Positions 16,339-20,261 of a DNA stretch of 20,261 bases are shown piece by piece. Positions within the stretch are counted from its first letter, which is position 1. Each line of letters begins with the position of its first letter. The translations under genes were made by a program, and so were the position numbers. The stretch is from positions 1-20,261 of the forward strand of contig CAWBMV010000005.1 in NCBI GenBank assembly GCA_963789955.1. Direction: 5' to 3'. This DNA comes from an uncultured Candidatus Rokubacteria bacterium. GTDB lineage: Bacteria; Methylomirabilota; Methylomirabilia; Rokubacteriales; CSP1-6. The notes under the pieces are model-generated. The model saw only the letters and a program-made list of their open reading frames with translations, searched no databases and was not told the origin of the DNA.

Positions 16339-17154
16339 CTAGATCGCCGCCCGCCGCACGCGGGCGGAGACGACGTCGATGCACATCACCATCGCCACGA
16401 TCAGTAGAATGACGGTCGCCGCCTCGCCGTCCTTGAACGAGCGGATCGTGTCCCAGAGGTAGAAGCCGATGCCACCGCCGCCGACCATCCCGATGACGGA
16501 CGCCGAGCGGATATCAGACTCGAGCCGGAGGAGGACGTACGAGAGAAAATTCGGCAGGACCTGGGGCACGACGCCGAAGGCGATGACTTGAAGTCGTCCG
16601 GCTCCGACGGCGGCGACGCCTTCGACCTGGCCCGGATCGACCGACTCGATCGTTTCGGACAGGAGCTTGCCGAGCACTCCGCCGGTGTGGATACCGAGCG
16701 CCAGCATGCCGGCGAATGGGCCGAGGCCGACCGCGGTGACGAACATGAGCGCGAACACGAACTCGTTCACGGCGCGGAGCACGTCCATCAGCCGGCGCGC
16801 GGCGAAATAGACCAGCGGGTGCGGGCTGAGATTGCGCGCGCCGAGCAGGCCGAGCGGCACCGAGACCAGGAGCGCCAGCACCGTGCCCCAGAGCGCGATG
16901 CAGAGGGTGACCACGCATTGCCACGCGTACTCGCCGACGTTACCGAACGACGGATGGAGATAGCCGCGGAGGAACACGCCGATATTGCCGATGTCGCGAA
17001 AGAGCTCGATCGGCCGCAGCTCGACCACGCGCGCCGCGAGTCCGAACACGACGGCCAAGGTGATCGTCGCGAGCATGGTCCGGCCGACGGCGGACGGCCT
17101 CGCCGGAACGGCAGGCGCCGGCCCGGCGTGGATCGAGGTAAAGGCCGTGCTCAC
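16339..17154 (-). CDS. phnE: Phosphonate ABC transporter permease PhnE
   Basis: 271 aa; RAVNEFVFALMFV, GLGPFAG, GKLLSE, RSASVIGMVGGGGIG. GTGA overlap with phnC. Confidence 0.95.
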   Translation of the reverse strand: MSTAFTSIHAGPAPAVPARPSAVGRTMLATITLAVVFGLAARVVELRPIELFRDIGNIGVFLRGYLHPSFGNVGEYAWQCVVTLCIALWGTVLALLVSVPLGLLGARNLSPHPLVYFAARRLMDVLRAVNEFVFALMFVTAVGLGPFAGMLALGIHTGGVLGKLLSETIESVDPGQVEGVAAVGAGRLQVIAFGVVPQVLPNFLSYVLLRLESDIRSASVIGMVGGGGIGFYLWDTIRSFKDGEAATVILLIVAMVMCIDVVSARVRRAAI

Positions 17155-17978
17155 GAGGCCGCCAGCTCGCCGAGCCGCTCGCCCTCGCTTCGTCCGGCCG
17201 GCTCGGTCATGAATTCACCGAAGATCTCGAACAGCGCCGCATCGGTGAGCTGGGAGGGCGATCCGTCGAAGACCAGCCGCCCGCCCTTCAGGCCGAGGAT
17301 CCGATCCGCGTAGCTTCGCGCGAGCTCCACGTGGTGCAGGGTCGCGATGACGGTGATTCCGACCGCCGAGGCCACGCGGCGCAAGGTCTGCATGACCAGT
17401 CGGCCGTTGCTGAGATCGAGGCTGGCCACCGGCTCGTCGGCCAGCACGACCGTCGGCTCCTGCGCCAGGATCTTCGCGATCGCGACGCGCTGCTGCTCTC
17501 CGCCGGAGAGCGTGTCGGTCCGCTGCCAGACGCGGTCGAGGAGCCCGACATGGTCGAGGCAACGAAACGCGATCTCCCGTTGATGGCGGTCGAAGTGATG
17601 CGCGAGCGCGGCCCAGCGCGCCCAGCCCCGGAGCCGGCCGAGGCGTCCGATCAGCACGTTGTCGACGACGGGCAGGCGCCGGACGAGATTGAACTGTTGA
17701 TAGATCAGTCCGACCCGCGTCCGATGGGCGCGGAGAGCCGCGCCGCGGAGCCGCGCGAGGTCGGTCTGGTCGAAGCGGATCGCGCCGCGCGAGACGAGCG
17801 TGGCGCGCGACAGGCAGCGCAGGAGGGTCGTCTTGCCGGCGCCGGACTTGCCGATGACCGCGACGAACTGCCCCGGCTCGATCACGGCGGAGAGACCGTC
17901 GAGGGCGGGCGCCGCTTTACCCGCGAAGACCTTGCCGACGGCATCGAGCGTCACGGCCGGCGAACGATCGACCACCAT
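17151..17978 (-). CDS. phnC: Phosphonate ABC transporter ATPase PhnC
   Basis: ATG 17978 preferred because GTG 17990 overlaps the putative -10. GKSGAGKTT, QQFNLV, LSGGEQQRVAIA, LADEPVASLD, TLHH. Confidence 0.94.
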   Translation of the reverse strand: MVVDRSPAVTLDAVGKVFAGKAAPALDGLSAVIEPGQFVAVIGKSGAGKTTLLRCLSRATLVSRGAIRFDQTDLARLRGAALRAHRTRVGLIYQQFNLVRRLPVVDNVLIGRLGRLRGWARWAALAHHFDRHQREIAFRCLDHVGLLDRVWQRTDTLSGGEQQRVAIAKILAQEPTVVLADEPVASLDLSNGRLVMQTLRRVASAVGITVIATLHHVELARSYADRILGLKGGRLVFDGSPSQLTDAALFEIFGEFMTEPAGRSEGERLGELAAS

Positions 17979-17988
17979 GTCCGCGCCC

Positions 17989-18043
17989 ACGGTAGCCGCG
18001 GCGCGTTGCGATTTCGTGACGGGAGCGCGAAGGTTCTGCGGCG
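17989..18043 (-). promoter_or_regulatory. Pho-box-like array (3-4 x 11 bp) and -10 of the phn operon
   Basis: Minus strand 18043->18000 reads CGCCGCAGAAC CTTCGCGCTCC CGTCACGAAAT CGCAACGCGCC. TACCGT (17994-17989) lies 10 nt after the last core. Confidence 0.65.
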
Positions 18044-18056
18044 AGTCGCGACGGAG

Positions 18057-18320
18057 CTAGGCGTCCGCGAGATTGCGGCGTAGCTGCGCCAGCTCTTCCT
18101 CGAGCTCCTCGACGCGGCGACGCAAATCGTCCACGACGAGATGCAGCGGCTCCGGACGATCGGCGCCGTTGCGTACCAGGGCCCGGAGCCTCGGCAGCAC
18201 GGTGTGGGACTCACTGATCCACTCGCGCAGACGTTCGTCGTCGGTGGAGCGCGCCGTGGAAATCTCGAGGCCGCCGTCGACGACGCGCCGCTTCTGGAAC
18301 TTCCCTCGACCGCTGAGCAC
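18057..18320 (-). CDS. Small hypothetical protein with C-terminal coiled coil
   Basis: 87 aa; fills the phoD-phnC gap on the same strand. Ends in heptads VDDLRRRVEELEEELAQLRRNL. Start uncertain, no clear SD. Confidence 0.5.
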   Translation of the reverse strand: MLSGRGKFQKRRVVDGGLEISTARSTDDERLREWISESHTVLPRLRALVRNGADRPEPLHLVVDDLRRRVEELEEELAQLRRNLADA

Positions 18321-18338
18321 GTGTCCGGTGGACGCCCT

Positions 18339-19925
18339 CTAGGCCGGCTTGACGTCGATCTGGTAGAGCGTCTTGCCGGTCAGGTCGTTGAGGGAGACGG
18401 TCAGCATCTCGCTCGCGCCGTCGATCTTCGCCAGGCCGAAGTACTGCATCCCGTCAGTCGGCGGCCGGTTCTGCTTCATGCCATCTGGTGCCGACGAGTA
18501 CTTGATGTCCGGACCGAACGTGCGATCGATCTCGCCGGGGCCGAAGGTGCCGGCGTTGATCGGCCCGGCCACGAACTCCCAGAACGGGGTGAAGTCGGTG
18601 AACTGCGCCCGTCCCGGATCGTAGTAGGTCGCCGACGCGTAGTGGACGTCGGCGGTCACCCAGACGACGTTCTTGATCGCGTTCTGCTTGATGAAGGCGA
18701 AGAGGCTCGCGAGCTCGAGCTCCCGCCCGAGCGGCGCGCCGTGATCGTTGTTGGCCCACGCCTCGAACGTGCCCTTGGGGACGTCGGAGTTCAGGTCGGG
18801 GACGACGATGCTGATCGGCATGTCGCTCGCGATCACCTTCCAGGTGGCCCGCGAGGTGCGCAGCGCCTGCTTGAGCCAGCGCAGCTGCGCGGCGCCGAGG
18901 AACGCGGCAGCGTCGTCGAGCATCGTTTGACGGTTCGGCGAGTTCGGCCCGCGATAGCTCCGCTCGTCGAGCATGAAGACCTCGAGCGACGGACCGTGGG
19001 CGAACGACCGGTAGACGCGCTCCGGATCGATCGGGTCGAAGCGGAACGGGTTGTAGTCGAACATGGCGCGCTTGGCGAACGCGGCCAGGAGCGACGCGCT
19101 GCGGACGTGGTACCGCTCGTCGCCGAGCGTCTGGCCCGGATACCAGTTGTTGCGGGTCTCGTGGTCATCCCACTGGACGAGCATCGGGACCTCGGCGCAG
19201 AAGCGGCGCTTGTTGTCGTCCAGAAGGTTGTAGGCGAAGTTGCCGCGGAACTCCTCGAGCGACTCGGCCACCTTGGCCTTGGCCTGGGTGGTCACGTTGC
19301 GCCAGACCGAGCCGTCGTCGAGCGCGACCTCGGCCTTGATCGGCCCGTCTGCGTAGATCTGGTCGCCGGAGTGGATGAAGAAGTCCGGGTTCGTACGCCG
19401 CATGACGTCGTACATCTTCATGCCGCCCCAGGCGGTGTTGATGCCCCACCCCTGCCCGGCTTCGTCGCCCGAGAACGCGAAGGTCACCGTGCCGCGGGCC
19501 TGAGCCGGCGTCCGGAATCGGCCGGTCACCGGCGCGCTCAGCACCTTCGGGCTCGCGAGATCCTCGAACAGCACGCGATAGAAGATCCGCTGTCCCGCCG
19601 GCAGCCCGATCAGTTCGACGCGCGCCGTGAAGTCGCTCTCGGCCAGCGCCGCGGGGCCGACGATCCGCATCGCATCGCGAAGCGTGTCGCTCGTGGCCCA
19701 CTCGACGAGCAGGCGCGCCGGGCGGTCGGTTCGGCTCCACACGATCGCCCGGTCGCTGAGGACGTCACCGCTCTGAACGCCGTACGGAATCGTCGGACGC
19801 GCCTTGTCGGACGTCACGACCGCAGGCGCCGTGCCCTGCGCCCACACCGGGCGCCGGGTGAGAGACGAGGTCGTGAGGCCGCCGACGGCGAGAGCGGACT
19901 GTCTGAGGAATTTCCGGCGGTTCAT
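18339..19925 (-). CDS. phoD: PhoD-family alkaline phosphatase/phosphodiesterase, Tat-exported
   Basis: ATG 19925 after GGAGG. Twin-arginine MNRRKFL. Motifs GVQSGD, FIHSGDQIYADG, WDDHE, LDERSYR, TADVHY. Confidence 0.94.
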   Translation of the reverse strand: MNRRKFLRQSALAVGGLTTSSLTRRPVWAQGTAPAVVTSDKARPTIPYGVQSGDVLSDRAIVWSRTDRPARLLVEWATSDTLRDAMRIVGPAALAESDFTARVELIGLPAGQRIFYRVLFEDLASPKVLSAPVTGRFRTPAQARGTVTFAFSGDEAGQGWGINTAWGGMKMYDVMRRTNPDFFIHSGDQIYADGPIKAEVALDDGSVWRNVTTQAKAKVAESLEEFRGNFAYNLLDDNKRRFCAEVPMLVQWDDHETRNNWYPGQTLGDERYHVRSASLLAAFAKRAMFDYNPFRFDPIDPERVYRSFAHGPSLEVFMLDERSYRGPNSPNRQTMLDDAAAFLGAAQLRWLKQALRTSRATWKVIASDMPISIVVPDLNSDVPKGTFEAWANNDHGAPLGRELELASLFAFIKQNAIKNVVWVTADVHYASATYYDPGRAQFTDFTPFWEFVAGPINAGTFGPGEIDRTFGPDIKYSSAPDGMKQNRPPTDGMQYFGLAKIDGASEMLTVSLNDLTGKTLYQIDVKPA

Positions 19926-19955
19926 GGGCGCCTCCATTTCAACACGCGTGGCGAA

Positions 19956-20261
19956 TCATTGGGCGACCGCGGTCCCGAGTCCCAGGGCCTCCACGATAAT
20001 GCGGAACACCTCGGTGTTGTCGAGAAAGCCGCGGACGCGCTCGGCGCCGGGCCCGGCGGCCGTCAGCACGACATCCTCGCCCGAATGCACGCCCTGGGGC
20101 GCATTGTGCGGCAGGTTGCCCACCCGCAAGGTCGCGCCGGGCGCGTCCTTGTACTTCTCGTTGGCGACGTAGGATTTGTCGGGTGCCGGCCACCGCCGCA
20201 GGAACGGCCCGTCGAGCTTCGGGCGAAGCATCTCGTGGTAGATGTCGCGCCCTCCCGTGAG
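19956..20261 (-). CDS. Partial CDS (C-terminus): PhoA-type alkaline phosphatase
   Basis: Frame is open to the right edge. GVHSGEDVVLTAAGPGAERVRGFLDNTEVF matches the alkaline phosphatase C-terminal H(T/S)GEDV...GPGA....G..DNT..F motif. Ends 30 nt upstream of phoD. Confidence 0.85.
   Translation of the reverse strand, partial: LTGGRDIYHEMLRPKLDGPFLRRWPAPDKSYVANEKYKDAPGATLRVGNLPHNAPQGVHSGEDVVLTAAGPGAERVRGFLDNTEVFRIIVEALGLGTAVAQ

Noticed and set aside
9837..16384. Extended ORF-track starts for phnM (11558), phnJ (13591), phnG (16184) and phnD (16384)
   Set aside because: Family homology begins at downstream starts that show stop/start coupling or an SD; the extensions overlap upstream genes.
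1..20261. GTGAG at both window ends as a terminal repeat; also CRISPR, tRNA, IS or integrase
   Set aside because: A 5-bp match is chance level and both ends lie inside CDSs. No repeat-spacer array, RNA gene or mobility gene was seen.

Overview
High-GC bacterial DNA forming one compact phosphorus-acquisition island. Left arm (- strand): ppx, ppk1, then the start of an ABC-ATPase-like gene with a destroyed Walker A that runs off the left edge. Divergent from it (+ strand): pstS-pstC-pstA-pstB, where pstB carries a +1 frameshift at about 6561-6564. It is followed by a second pstS and a Fido/Fic-like gene with a non-canonical motif (QLFVEGNHRTG) and no usable start codon at the expected place. 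Right arm (- strand): the 3' end of a PhoA-type alkaline phosphatase, a Tat-exported PhoD, a small coiled-coil ORF, and a C-P lyase operon phnC-E-D-G-H-I-J-K-L-M that ends in an inositol-monophosphatase-family gene instead of phnN/phnP. Four intergenic regions carry 11-bp-periodic Pho-box-like repeats (core C[G/T]T[C/A]A[C/T]), and three promoters look leaderless or nearly so. No phoU, phoBR or phnF/N/O/P, and no RNA genes, mobile elements or CRISPR were seen in the window. Best candidates for new biology: the PstS2-Fido module, the IMPase closing the C-P lyase operon, and the Pho-boxed pseudo-ATPase. All calls come from motif recognition by eye; no searches were run.
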